Positions 10,171 to 20,155 of a DNA stretch of 63,304 bases are shown one piece after another. Every line of letters begins with the position of its first letter. The stretch's first letter is position 1. The translations under genes and the position numbers were made by a program. This DNA is from an uncultured virus (IMG/VR IMGVR_UViG_3300042808_000075) (lineage: Duplodnaviria > Heunggongvirae > Uroviricota > Caudoviricetes), in the IMG/VR virus record IMGVR_UViG_3300042808_000075; one strand, given 5' to 3'. A model generated the notes under the pieces. The model was given only the letters and a program-made list of their open reading frames with translations, did not search any database and was not told where the DNA came from.

Positions 10171-10516
10171 TCCCTATTAAATCTATATTTATTAACCTAT
10201 TTACAATTGTTTTTAATTCTTGTTTATCTGAATATTCAATATGAATTTTAAAAATACCTTTAGCAAAGTTTTCTTTCAAATGTTGATAACCTTCTGGACA
10301 ATGATTATATATTTTTTCTAAAATAGTGTTATCTATGTATGTTCTTCTGAATAAATATTCTGTTTTTTTATTGTAAAATCGTATCATCCATTCTTTATTT
10401 AATTTATCAAAACTTAAATATTTATGCACATAATCAAATTGCTCTTGTGCATAATATGCTACAAATTTACCGTAATATCCAAAATGATTAAAATATTTAT
10501 ATAATTTTATTTTCAT
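10142..10516 (-). CDS. ~118-aa repeat-family protein (array 1)
   Basis: Family motifs. Confidence 0.85.
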   Translation of the reverse strand: MKIKLYKYFNHFGYYGKFVAYYAQEQFDYVHKYLSFDKLNKEWMIRFYNKKTEYLFRRTYIDNTILEKIYNHCPEGYQHLKENFAKGIFKIHIEYSDKQELKTIVNRLINIDLIGNEQYENKIK

Positions 10517-10519
10517 TAA

Positions 10520-10903
10520 TTACTCCTTTGTTAATAAAATTGTATTAATTAATCTATTAACAATAGTTTTTAATTCTTGTTTATCTGAGTAAAAAACAAA
10601 CATTTTAAAAACACCTTTACCAAAATTATTTTTTAACCATTGGTATCCTTCTGGTGAGTGAGTATCTATACCTTCTTTTAAATAAGGTAAATAAGAAATA
10701 AACGTTGTAAATGTAAACTTAAACCATTCTTCTGTTTTTTTATCATTAAAATATATCCATTGATTTTTTTTTATTGTTTCAAAATCCAAATATTTAAAAA
10801 TATAATCATATTGTTCTTGGTTAAGTTGTGTTGTTCCTACTCCTAATCCTATATATTTATAACAATACTCATTATCAATATTTTTATTTAACTCAATTTT
10901 CAT
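10520..10903 (-). CDS. ~118-aa repeat-family protein (array 1)
   Basis: Family motifs. Confidence 0.85.
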   Translation of the reverse strand: MKIELNKNIDNEYCYKYIGLGVGTTQLNQEQYDYIFKYLDFETIKKNQWIYFNDKKTEEWFKFTFTTFISYLPYLKEGIDTHSPEGYQWLKNNFGKGVFKMFVFYSDKQELKTIVNRLINTILLTKE

Positions 10904-10906
10904 TAA

Positions 10907-11278
10907 TTACTCCTTTGCTAATAAAATTGTATTAATTAATCTATTAACAATAGTTTTTAATTCTTGTTTATCTTGATACAAAATTGTTAGTTTAAATACA
11001 CCATTACCCCAATGATTTTTCAACCAATTATATCCATCTAGCGAACTATTATATATATCAATTAAACAATCTTCATTTAAATAATCTTCAGTTATATATG
11101 TTTCATAAAACCATATTTTTATTTTCCGATTGCCAAAAAACAAATAAGAACCTTTAAATAGTTTTTCAAATTTAAGATGTTTAAAAATATAATCATATTG
11201 TTCTTGAGTTTTTACTATATATTCAATGCTGTAATAATTACAATAATTATGATAACATTTTATTGTTTTAATTCTCAT
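10907..11278 (-). CDS. ~118-aa repeat-family protein (array 1)
   Basis: Family motifs. Confidence 0.85.
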   Translation of the reverse strand: MRIKTIKCYHNYCNYYSIEYIVKTQEQYDYIFKHLKFEKLFKGSYLFFGNRKIKIWFYETYITEDYLNEDCLIDIYNSSLDGYNWLKNHWGNGVFKLTILYQDKQELKTIVNRLINTILLAKE

Positions 11279-11628
11279 TGTTCATTCCTTATTAATTCTA
11301 TATTTATTAACCTATTTACAATGGTTTTTAATTCTTGTTTGTCTGTATGGTTAAGCAATGTTTTAAAAACACCTTTGCCCCAATGATCTTTTAGGTATTG
11401 ATAACCTTCTGGTGATTTTTTGCGTATATATTTAAATGAATTATTATATATATATGTTTCATGAAACCATTTTTCTGTATTTTTATCATTAAAACTGCAA
11501 TGGCAAGATGTTTCTAATTTATCAAAATTTAAATATTTAAAAACATAATCAAATTGTTTTTGTGTATATTTTTTTTCTTCTACACGATAAAAACACCATT
11601 TTTTTACTATCTTTAATTTAATCTTCAT
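11275..11628 (-). CDS. ~118-aa repeat-family protein (array 1)
   Basis: Family motifs. Confidence 0.85.
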   Translation of the reverse strand: MKIKLKIVKKWCFYRVEEKKYTQKQFDYVFKYLNFDKLETSCHCSFNDKNTEKWFHETYIYNNSFKYIRKKSPEGYQYLKDHWGKGVFKTLLNHTDKQELKTIVNRLINIELIRNEQ

Positions 11629-12011
11629 TGTTCATTTTTCTTTATTAATGTCACATTAATAACTTTATTAATTACTGTTTTTAATTCTTGTTTATCATTA
11701 TAATAAAACATTGTTTTGAAATGGCTAGTGGTTATAAAAATATTTTTACCCCAATTTTGTTTTAACCACTCATAAGCTTCTGGCAAACAATGCGTAATAA
11801 TATGATGTAACCACCATTCGTTCCCATATGTTTTATAAAACCGTTTTTCTACTTCTTTGTCAAGAAAATATATACGACTATCTTTTATTTTGTCAAAATT
11901 TAAATATTTAAAAATGTAATCAAATTGTTCTTGTGTATATTTTATATTAGGATATTTAAAATAAAATTCTCCTTTATCTTCATTGAGTTTTTGATACATT
12001 TCAATTTTCAT
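11625..12011 (-). CDS. ~118-aa repeat-family protein (array 1)
   Basis: Family motifs. Confidence 0.85.
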   Translation of the reverse strand: MKIEMYQKLNEDKGEFYFKYPNIKYTQEQFDYIFKYLNFDKIKDSRIYFLDKEVEKRFYKTYGNEWWLHHIITHCLPEAYEWLKQNWGKNIFITTSHFKTMFYYNDKQELKTVINKVINVTLIKKNEQ

Positions 12012-12014
12012 TAT

Positions 12015-12371
12015 TTACTCCTTTGTTAATAATTTAATATTAATAAGTTTATTAACAATAGTTTTTAATCCTTGTTTATCTGGATATCGAACAGGAAATC
12101 TAAATTTATTTTTACCCAAATTTTCTTTTAACCATTGATACCCTTCTGGTGATTGATCATATATAGATATTAAATGATCACTATTTATATATGTTTTTCT
12201 AAACCATTCTTCTGTTTCTTCATTATTAAATATTATATACCAATCTTTATCTAATTTATCAAAATCTAAATATTTAAAAATATAGTCGAATTGTTCTGGT
12301 GTATGATTTATTTCATCTATGTTACAACTGTAACTATAAAAATTATTATGTTCAAATGTTTTAATTTTCAT
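12015..12371 (-). CDS. ~118-aa repeat-family protein (array 1)
   Basis: Family motifs. Confidence 0.85.
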   Translation of the reverse strand: MKIKTFEHNNFYSYSCNIDEINHTPEQFDYIFKYLDFDKLDKDWYIIFNNEETEEWFRKTYINSDHLISIYDQSPEGYQWLKENLGKNKFRFPVRYPDKQGLKTIVNKLINIKLLTKE

Positions 12372-12374
12372 TAT

Positions 12375-12728
12375 TTACTCCTTTGTTAATAATTTTATAT
12401 TAATAACTCTATTCACAATAGTTTTTAATTCTTGTTTGTCTTGATACAAAACAAGAATTTCAAATATACCATTACCCCAATTTTCTTTTAACCATTGATA
12501 CCCTTCTGGTGATTGATTGTGTATTTTAGACAACCTATCGTTATTTGTATATGTCTTATAAAACCAATTTTTTATTTGTTTATTATTAAAATATATTGCC
12601 CAATCTTTATCTAATTTATCAAAATCTAAATACTTAAAAATATAATCATATGTTTCTTTGGTATAGTGATATTTAACTATATCATAATGCCAATAATCAT
12701 TATATGTTTTTTTAATTTTTATTTTCAT
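12375..12728 (-). CDS. ~118-aa repeat-family protein (array 1)
   Basis: Family motifs. Confidence 0.85.
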   Translation of the reverse strand: MKIKIKKTYNDYWHYDIVKYHYTKETYDYIFKYLDFDKLDKDWAIYFNNKQIKNWFYKTYTNNDRLSKIHNQSPEGYQWLKENWGNGIFEILVLYQDKQELKTIVNRVINIKLLTKE

Positions 12729-12732
12729 TATT

Positions 12733-13089
12733 TTATCCTTTTAATTCTACATTGATTATTTTATTAATTACAGTTTTAAATTCTTGTTTATCTAAATAAC
12801 AAACATATAATTTAAATACACCATTACCCCAATGTTCTTTTAACCATTCATAACCTTCTGGTGATTTATTACATATTGTTTCTAAATTAATGTCATTTAT
12901 ATATGTTTTTAAAAACCATTTTTCTGTTTTTTTATCATTAAAATATATCATCCTAATTTTATCTAATTTATCAAAATCTAAATATTTAAAGATATAGTCG
13001 AATTGTACTTGTGTATAATTCCATTCATTTAAATTATAACGCCAATAATTGTTATATCGTTTAATTTTAATTTTCATATATTGCCACAT
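12733..13089 (-). CDS. ~118-aa repeat-family protein (array 1)
   Basis: Family motifs; likely start at internal MKIKI. Confidence 0.85.
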   Translation of the reverse strand: MWQYMKIKIKRYNNYWRYNLNEWNYTQVQFDYIFKYLDFDKLDKIRMIYFNDKKTEKWFLKTYINDINLETICNKSPEGYEWLKEHWGNGVFKLYVCYLDKQEFKTVINKIINVELKG

Positions 13090-13423
13090 TAATCACTCTA
13101 TTTACAATGGTTTTAAATTCTTGTTTGTCTTGATAATAAATCCATAATTTAAAAACACCTTTACCCCAATTATTTTTTAACCATTTATAACCTTCTGGTG
13201 AATCATTATATATATCATCTAAAGTATAACTACATATATATGTTTTATGAAACCATTCTTCTGTTTTTTTATCATTAAAAAATATATGCCAACTTTTTTC
13301 TAATTTGTCAAAATTCAAATGCTTAAAAACATAATCAAATTGTTCTTGATTGTATTTTGTTTCTTCTGTACAATAAAAATAACAATTTCCATGTTTTTGT
13401 TTTTTAAGTTTTAATATCATCAT
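13067..13423 (-). CDS. ~118-aa repeat-family protein (array 1, first gene)
   Basis: Family motifs; SD GGAG. Confidence 0.85.
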   Translation of the reverse strand: MMILKLKKQKHGNCYFYCTEETKYNQEQFDYVFKHLNFDKLEKSWHIFFNDKKTEEWFHKTYICSYTLDDIYNDSPEGYKWLKNNWGKGVFKLWIYYQDKQEFKTIVNRVINVAIYEN

Positions 13424-13458
13424 TATTCTCCATGTTTTTAAAATGTTTCCCTATATAT

Positions 13459-13487
13459 ATTTTATCACAAAATCTTAAAAACGTAAA
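13459..13487 (-). promoter_or_regulatory. promoter of array 1
   Basis: TTTACG-17 nt-TAAAAT with TG extension. Confidence 0.6.
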
Positions 13488-13490
13488 TAA

Positions 13491-13514
13491 AAAAGCGCAC
13501 TTACATGCGCTTTT
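13491..13514 (-). terminator. intrinsic terminator
   Basis: AAAAGCGCA/TGCGCTTTT stem with T tract. Confidence 0.75.
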
Positions 13515-13518
13515 ACTG

Positions 13519-14349
13519 TTATAAAAAGACTATTTTTCTTCCATTAATGTTTTTTACTTTTTGTTCATTGTTTTTAAATTTTTCAACAGCAAAATCTATT
13601 GTTTTATAAGTATTATCCATACTGCTTTTCAATAAATAATAAGAGAAAAACGCAAAATTCTTTAAATCAATTTTTGAATTAAACTTCAACTCATTACCAT
13701 TAATAACAAAATTAAATTTTTCTTTAAGTTTTGAATAATTGTATTTGTTTATTTCATTTAATATTTTTTTGTTTGTTAAAATAATATCTGTTGAATTTAC
13801 AAATTCAAACCCAAGTTGATTAAGACATTTTTCTGCTACACGATATTGTGGATTAGTTAGATTATTTAAATATTCAACAAACGCATTAGCATCATTGATT
13901 TTTTTAAAGAATATAGTTTTATCTGTTGTTGCAAAATTATTTATACTATTTAAACCAGTTCTCATATATAAATCTTCCGAAAATTCTTCTATAGGAATTT
14001 TCAATATATCATTAATGATTTCCCACATATTCACTATATCCCAATTACAATATATAATATAACCATTTGAATGCGGCTCTAAGGAAAAATGGTTATATTT
14101 AGTATGTTTTTGAACAAATTCATCCCAAATATCTTCCCAAAGAAAAGAATAGTAATGATCTTTATGAATACTTAATGTATTAAGATTTTTTGACATAACA
14201 ACATTTATATCATTGTTATAAAGTTCAAGCATAAAGCTTTTCAACATTTGATTTGAATCATTAAAACCTAAAGCAGAAGCAATAAGGTCACTATCCTCAA
14301 TTAATCCAAAATAATTAAATGGCATATCAACATATTGATCTTCAAACAT
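13519..14349 (-). CDS. hypothetical protein
   Basis: 276-aa ORF with SD. Confidence 0.75.
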   Translation of the reverse strand: MFEDQYVDMPFNYFGLIEDSDLIASALGFNDSNQMLKSFMLELYNNDINVVMSKNLNTLSIHKDHYYSFLWEDIWDEFVQKHTKYNHFSLEPHSNGYIIYCNWDIVNMWEIINDILKIPIEEFSEDLYMRTGLNSINNFATTDKTIFFKKINDANAFVEYLNNLTNPQYRVAEKCLNQLGFEFVNSTDIILTNKKILNEINKYNYSKLKEKFNFVINGNELKFNSKIDLKNFAFFSYYLLKSSMDNTYKTIDFAVEKFKNNEQKVKNINGRKIVFL

Positions 14350-14370
14350 TTCCTTTTCTCCTTTTAAAAG

Positions 14371-14862
14371 TTATTTTTCAAAAAGCATATTTTCTATATA
14401 TTTTTTTCTTTTTAAAAACTCTGCTTGTGTTTCGTCCCAAGTGTAATTTTTTCCACAATAAATTTTATTGATGTTTAATTGTATATTTTCCCAATCACAT
14501 TGAATGCCGCAACATTTTATTTCTTTTATATAGTTTTTATCATTTGAATTACAAGTACAATATCCATCATAATGCATGGTTATAGTTAATTTAATTTCAT
14601 ACATATAATTAACAAACGAGTTTTTGTTTTGATCGTATAAAGATATTGTTATTTTACCTTTATTGTAATACTGGTGATATTGATCTGTTGAATTATTTAC
14701 ACAATAATGTATTGTATAATGGTATTTGTTTAAGTCTGTCAATAAATCAATATTGTTTTCTATTTTAAAATATAAAAGTGTAATTACATCTAAAATAAAA
14801 TCTTTTTCACAACCTCTAGCAACCATTTCATCTTTAATAATATCAACAAGCTTTTCTTTCAA
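14371..14862 (-). CDS. hypothetical Cys-containing protein
   Basis: CTC...CCG..CDW cluster. Confidence 0.7.
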   Translation of the reverse strand: MKEKLVDIIKDEMVARGCEKDFILDVITLLYFKIENNIDLLTDLNKYHYTIHYCVNNSTDQYHQYYNKGKITISLYDQNKNSFVNYMYEIKLTITMHYDGYCTCNSNDKNYIKEIKCCGIQCDWENIQLNINKIYCGKNYTWDETQAEFLKRKKYIENMLFEK

Positions 14863-15038
14863 TTTATATCATTCCTTTTTTTGGCAAAATTATTTTTCTC
14901 TCCCCTACAATTATATCATGATAGTTTGAATTTACAATATACGATATAAATAAAATTAATGCAAACTATTACAAACAAATGTATCAATAATTAACAAAAA
15001 AACATGTTTTTTTATTATAATAAAAAATAGAAGGATGT

Positions 15039-16526
15039 GTGATAATACTGATTAAATCTTATAGCTTTTATAGCTACAAATTAAATAAAAATAAATATAA
15101 CCAAATTAAAGATTATGCTATTAAAGTTATTCAAAATAAAAATTGTTTATCTCAATATTTATACGATAATCTTAAACCAGATTTGTTTTATGGTAATCTA
15201 ACTAAAAATAATTTTATTAATAAAACTAAACATATGAGAAATAATATAGGTGCTACTACTTTTCAACAAGCACAAATGGATGTTTATACTAAATACATGA
15301 ACCAATTAAACACCATTGCTTTTGATAGAAAATCTAAAAAAAATATATATAAAGTAATTAAATATCTAGTGAAAATTTATAGAGATGATAATTTGTTGAT
15401 TTATATTAAAAATAGTAATAATGTTTTTCATCAGAAAACACAATCTTATATAGAAAAATATGGTGAAAGATTAATTAATTTAATCAAAAGAATACAGAAT
15501 AAATTATTAGATAAATTTAAATTAGTAGTTTTTAAAAAATTAACATATAATGATATAAATCAATTATATGAAAAACATGAAATGTTAGAAATGAGTAATT
15601 TAAAATTAACTAATGCAGTTATTAATTTACAAATACCCAATGTAGATAGAATAGTTATACCTATTAGATATTCTAGTGAATATCATGATTTTAAAATAAA
15701 TTATACATACAATGAAAAAGGTAGACAAAGAAGATATTCATATAAATTAAAAATAGAAAACAATAGGATTAAAATACAAGTAGCTAAAGAAATAAAAGAA
15801 GAAAAAATAAACTGTACATGTAATAATATAATAGGTATAGATGTTAACAGTAAACATAATTTATTTGCTTTATCTGATGGTCATTTAATAGATTATGATA
15901 GAAAGATAGTAGATAAAATAAGTAAAAACAAAAAAGATAATGATAGAATACAAGAAACTAAAAAAAGTAGAGGATTAAGTACAGAGTATGGTAAAAAACA
16001 ATTATTATTAAGTGAAAAGAATAAAAGAAGATGTACAGCACATATAGAAAAGAAAGTAAGTGAATTACTGAAATATTGTCAAGATAATAATATAGATCAT
16101 ATAGTATTAGAAGATTTAAAAAAAAGTAATGGTAGAAACTATTGTAAAACAAACAATGATATCAATTATAATGATTTATTTAACATATTAAGGTTATATA
16201 CTATTAAAGAAATAATTAAAAGAATGAGTAAGAACATTAAATATGGAGTAACAGTAAGTTTAACAAATGCAAGATATACAAGTCAACAATGTAATAAATG
16301 TGGACATATAAGTAAAGAAAACAGGAAGACGCAAGAAACGTTTTGTTGTGTTAAATGTAATCATACTTGTAATGCAGATTTAAATGCTAGTTTAAATATA
16401 AGAGATAGGATATTAAAGGTAAGTTATAGAAAAGTATTACATAAAGAAGTAGAAACAAACAGGTATGAAAACAAACCATTTGTAAGTAAGGTATTATTTA
16501 AAGAACAACTAATAAACAATTTTTAA
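15039..16526 (+). CDS. tnpB: TnpB / IS200-IS605 family RNA-guided endonuclease, no tnpA adjacent
   Basis: RuvC-I IIGIDVN, RuvC-II IVLEDL, Zn finger YTSQQCNKCG...FCCVKC, RuvC-III NADLNASLNI; opposite strand to neighbours. Confidence 0.9.
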   Translation: MIILIKSYSFYSYKLNKNKYNQIKDYAIKVIQNKNCLSQYLYDNLKPDLFYGNLTKNNFINKTKHMRNNIGATTFQQAQMDVYTKYMNQLNTIAFDRKSKKNIYKVIKYLVKIYRDDNLLIYIKNSNNVFHQKTQSYIEKYGERLINLIKRIQNKLLDKFKLVVFKKLTYNDINQLYEKHEMLEMSNLKLTNAVINLQIPNVDRIVIPIRYSSEYHDFKINYTYNEKGRQRRYSYKLKIENNRIKIQVAKEIKEEKINCTCNNIIGIDVNSKHNLFALSDGHLIDYDRKIVDKISKNKKDNDRIQETKKSRGLSTEYGKKQLLLSEKNKRRCTAHIEKKVSELLKYCQDNNIDHIVLEDLKKSNGRNYCKTNNDINYNDLFNILRLYTIKEIIKRMSKNIKYGVTVSLTNARYTSQQCNKCGHISKENRKTQETFCCVKCNHTCNADLNASLNIRDRILKVSYRKVLHKEVETNRYENKPFVSKVLFKEQLINNF

Positions 16527-16703
16527 AAAATTAAATAGGTATAGTATGAATACCTAGAATTTTTCGTTAGTAAGTAAAAAGATTAAGGAATAATTCAAAA
16601 ACAATAATAGTTAAATTATATAATAATAGTTTGCTATTTTTGTATCATATACTTTTCTAAAAAATATAAAAAATAATCTAAATTGTTTTCAATTATTAGC
16701 ATA

Positions 16704-16943
16704 TCATTTAATGAAGTGATTGTTTAATAGCCACTGCACTTCAAAATCTAATGCTTCTTGACGTTTTTTAAACCCATGATGTATAATACCACCAACTGGT
16801 GTTAAATCAACGTACCATAGGCCATTTTCATCAGGTTCAACATGTGATGCACGTTGTATTTTCACATCTCCCCATTCACTTAAATCAATATTGTCAGTAT
16901 AAATTAGTTGAATCACACCATTTTCATCAATAAATAATTTCAT
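16704..16943 (-). CDS. small conserved protein typically linked to DUF1257/Ycf46 loci
   Basis: RASHVEPD..G.W.VDL.PVGG...F..R..AL..EV.WL. Confidence 0.7.
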   Translation of the reverse strand: MKLFIDENGVIQLIYTDNIDLSEWGDVKIQRASHVEPDENGLWYVDLTPVGGIIHHGFKKRQEALDFEVQWLLNNHFIK

Positions 16944-17032
16944 ACTTACTCCTTTTTATTTTTCATTATACCATGTTTATTTAAATCTGTAAACAAAAAA
17001 GAGAGATATTTAACATCTCTCTTTTCAATTCA

Positions 17033-17224
17033 CTAAATACCGTTCTTCAATGTATTATTGTTTTTGTTTTGATAAAATTCCGGTTTTGTTTTGTCTTGTT
17101 TTACATCACCAAGTGCTTTTTCGAGATTTTCAGTTATTTTTTTACAACCACTTCCATTTGTGTTTATAACTTCAATTTCAGTATTACCGTTTTGATCTAT
17201 TACAATTTTCATTATATTTTGCAT
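17033..17224 (-). CDS. DUF2997 family protein
   Basis: I.ID.NG...IEV....G.GC..IT..LE.ALG...K.KPEFY. Confidence 0.8.
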   Translation of the reverse strand: MQNIMKIVIDQNGNTEIEVINTNGSGCKKITENLEKALGDVKQDKTKPEFYQNKNNNTLKNGI

Positions 17225-17234
17225 AAAACTCTCC

Positions 17235-17591
17235 TTATTTGCTTACTAGCAATTCTACTTTTCCATTTGCTAATTTTGTTTCTTTAACCATGTATCCTTG
17301 TTTTCTTAATTGTTGTTTAGCTATTTCTGTAGAATATGCTTGTTGCAATTGTTGTAGATGTTCTACTTTTCCCCATGAACCATTATAATTATCAAAAACA
17401 ATACTGCCATCATCTTTAACCACAATTGGATATCGCCAATTATTTAACTGAATAGATAACCCTGATGCTTTAGTGTTGTCATAAAAAACATAATCTTTAA
17501 CTTGTTTTGTTGAAAGTCCCAATTGTTCACAAACTTTTTTAAGAACTTTCATGTCTTTTATTTTCATCTCAACTGTTGCAATATGGCTCAT
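17235..17591 (-). CDS. DUF1257 (Ycf35-like) protein
   Basis: MSHIATVEMKIKD..L...C..LG; L.Q.Y...A...GY.V.E.....G.V.L. Confidence 0.82.
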   Translation of the reverse strand: MSHIATVEMKIKDMKVLKKVCEQLGLSTKQVKDYVFYDNTKASGLSIQLNNWRYPIVVKDDGSIVFDNYNGSWGKVEHLQQLQQAYSTEIAKQQLRKQGYMVKETKLANGKVELLVSK

Positions 17592-17779
17592 TCGTTTTCT
17601 TCCTTTTTAATTTTTTTCTTTTTCATTTTTGTTTTTTTTGTTTTTACAAAATTAGAACCTTGATCTTCATAACCATTGTATTTTTCTTCGTAATAATTTT
17701 CTTTATCAAACATAACTTTCTTTTCTCTCCATCCTTTTTTCTTTTATTATAACATTTTTTTGTTTTTTAGTAAAGTTTT

Positions 17780-17822
17780 TTTAGCAAACAACTAAGTTAA
17801 TTCAACTTAGTTGTTTGCTAAA
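17780..17822 (-). terminator. 19-bp perfect inverted repeat after AAA ATPase
   Basis: TTTAGCAAACAACTAAGTT-aattc-AACTTAGTTGTTTGCTAAA with T tract on minus strand. Confidence 0.75.
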
Positions 17823-17830
17823 TTCAAAAA

Positions 17831-19327
17831 TTAGTTAATTTGTTCGATTTTACGATTTTTTGTTGTTTGTTTTGTAGTAACTGTATTATTAACAGCAATG
17901 TTTGCCATAACAGTTCTTCCTTTTGAAAATGCTCTTAATGAATCAATTTTTTCTTTCATGGTATTGTAAATAGGACAAATGTATTCATGAGCTTCTTCTA
18001 ATGAACATTCTAACGAATCAGAAAGTTGACAAAGTTTTTCAATTTCTGCACCTGTCCAATTACTTGTAAAACTAGGGAATTCTTCTTGAAGATTATATTT
18101 GTTTTTGTAAATTTCAAAAATAGCTTTACGTTCTTCTTCTTCTGGCAAATCTACAAAGAAAATGGCATCCCAACGACCAGCGCGAAGATATTCAGGAGGA
18201 AGTTTACTAATATCATTAGCTGTAGCAATTACATACACATCTGAGTCATGGTCACTAAGCCATTGAAGAATCTTGCCGCCTTGTCTTTGGCTAGTACCAC
18301 TATCTCCGTTATGACCTGAAACTCCTGCTAATCCTTTTTCAATTTCATCCACAAACAAAACACAAGGTGACATAGCGTCAATAACATTTAAGGCTTGTGA
18401 TGTATTTTTTTCTGTTTCTCCAACTAAGCTACCCATCATACGACCAATATCCATTTGAATAGTCAATCTGCCTGTTTCTTTGCCTACAGTACGGGCAAAT
18501 TTAGATTTACCACCACCGGGAACACCTAAAAGCAAAACGCCTTTTGCACCTTTTTTACCCACTTGTTTTGAAACAAATTTTTTCAAATTATCTAAACCTG
18601 CAATACTTTCAAAACCTTCATCGCTTTTATATACACTTAATGCACTATTATTGCGAATCATTTGTTCTTTTCGTGAATAAATAGTATGTTCATCAATTTT
18701 ACCAGTTAAAGCTAATGAAAAAGCCACTGCGCTTTCTACTTCAAACAAAGTTAATCCAGTAGCATAATTGGCAATAGTTTCAATGTTATCTGGTGCAACA
18801 TCTGATAAATCATTGTTTTTACAGAAGTTATTAATAGTTTCAATAATTTCTTTTTGAGATGGTAATTCAAATTTCAATACTGATGTATATTTTTCAATAA
18901 TAGGATGCACATGAACTTCGGGAGAAACAATAACAAAAGTACATCCAACATTTTTCATTGCTTCAACCATATTTGCCATAGTTCTAATAATAAACAAATT
19001 TGAATTCTCACCAAAACAAAAGTAATTATAATCTTTCAAAAAAATTACTGTCGAACGATCTTTTTTAATTTGTTCACCCATATAATTCAATGGGTAAAAC
19101 AAATCTTCTGCCCCTTCATTTCCTTCATGATTAGGTAATAATGGATTAAATAAACCACTAACCATATCCCAACAATAAATTTCTTTTTTAGCGTTGTTTA
19201 AGAATTTAGTTTTAATCAAATTAGCATACTCGTCTACTGTTCTTTCAACTTCTTGTGTTTGCACATAAACAATTGGTGCAGAAGATGAAATGTTAACAAT
19301 AAATTCTTCAACAGAACTATTATTCAT
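17831..19327 (-). CDS. Ycf46-like AAA+ ATPase
   Basis: Walker A GVPGGGKS, Walker B LFVDEIEK, ATAN...LPPE.LR.GRWD.IFFVDLP, TGAEIE; start at 19327 after AAAGGAG. Confidence 0.9.
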   Translation of the reverse strand: MNNSSVEEFIVNISSSAPIVYVQTQEVERTVDEYANLIKTKFLNNAKKEIYCWDMVSGLFNPLLPNHEGNEGAEDLFYPLNYMGEQIKKDRSTVIFLKDYNYFCFGENSNLFIIRTMANMVEAMKNVGCTFVIVSPEVHVHPIIEKYTSVLKFELPSQKEIIETINNFCKNNDLSDVAPDNIETIANYATGLTLFEVESAVAFSLALTGKIDEHTIYSRKEQMIRNNSALSVYKSDEGFESIAGLDNLKKFVSKQVGKKGAKGVLLLGVPGGGKSKFARTVGKETGRLTIQMDIGRMMGSLVGETEKNTSQALNVIDAMSPCVLFVDEIEKGLAGVSGHNGDSGTSQRQGGKILQWLSDHDSDVYVIATANDISKLPPEYLRAGRWDAIFFVDLPEEEERKAIFEIYKNKYNLQEEFPSFTSNWTGAEIEKLCQLSDSLECSLEEAHEYICPIYNTMKEKIDSLRAFSKGRTVMANIAVNNTVTTKQTTKNRKIEQIN

Positions 19328-19703
19328 TATTATTTCTCCTTTTTTTATAAAATAATTCATCATCACCCTCAAAACGTTTACCAAAAATTTTCCTTTGATT
19401 ATTAGGATTATGTATGATATCAACGTCTTCCGGTTTATAATGTTCAAGCAACTGAATCATGTTTTGTGAACCAACAGGATTGGCTGTATGTATAATAATT
19501 ACTTTAGGCCAATAATCATTCTCAACCATCCATTTTGTAATATCATAACCAGTTTTACCTAATCCCAAATCGTGATCAAGACTAATTATTTGTACATCAT
19601 ATTCTTCCATTGTTTGAATAGCATCATCATAATCATATGCGCGAATAAAATTGTGATTAGCAGTTCTTTCATCATCTACAAAAAGACTAATTTTTGTTTT
19701 CAT
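19320..19703 (-). CDS. cyclic-phosphate processing receiver-domain protein
   Basis: LFVDDER, ISLDHDLG, TGYD, IHTANPVG...M. Confidence 0.82.
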   Translation of the reverse strand: MKTKISLFVDDERTANHNFIRAYDYDDAIQTMEEYDVQIISLDHDLGLGKTGYDITKWMVENDYWPKVIIIHTANPVGSQNMIQLLEHYKPEDVDIIHNPNNQRKIFGKRFEGDDELFYKKRRNNNE

Positions 19704-19810
19704 TTTTTCTCCTTTCATTAATACAAATTTATTATATCATGAAACATAAATTTAGTAAAGTTTTTTTTCATTTTAAAAACCTATGTTATAAGTACATAGG
19801 TTTTTAAAAT

Positions 19811-20137
19811 TTATAACATATAGTGTTTTAAAGTGTTTCTTGCATTACCAAGATTGTTAATTACTTTTGTATTATCTGGTTTATATTTTAATATATATTG
19901 CATCATTCGTTCAACTAAAATAGGGTCATCTAAATGTAAAACAATTGTTTTCGGCCATTTATTATGATTATTTATCCATTTAATAATATCATAACCAGTT
20001 TTTTCTGTTTTCAACTGATAATTAAGACTAATAATATTAATTGTATGTTTTTTTAATAATTCAATGGTTGCTTCAAAACTATCAACAATGCTGAAATCTT
20101 TTAGTTTGTTTTCTGCTACGTCTACAAATATATTCAT
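19811..20137 (-). CDS. degenerate paralog of cyclic-phosphate receiver protein
   Basis: IFVD, IISLNYQL, KTGYDI.KW...WPK.I..H retained; DHD lost. Confidence 0.72.
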   Translation of the reverse strand: MNIFVDVAENKLKDFSIVDSFEATIELLKKHTINIISLNYQLKTEKTGYDIIKWINNHNKWPKTIVLHLDDPILVERMMQYILKYKPDNTKVINNLGNARNTLKHYML

Positions 20138-20155
20138 ACAATATAATTACGCCCC

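Larger units (their letters stand above)
9790..13423 (-). repeat. tandem paralog array 1 (10 copies of ~118-aa family)
   Basis: Ten adjacent ORFs share DY.FK.L.F.K, WF..TY, SPEGY.WLK..WG, DKQELKTIVN. Confidence 0.95.

Noticed and set aside
16527..16703. CRISPR array next to TnpB (Cas12f-like system)
   Set aside because: No regularly spaced direct repeats; short matches to other regions are low-complexity AT sequence
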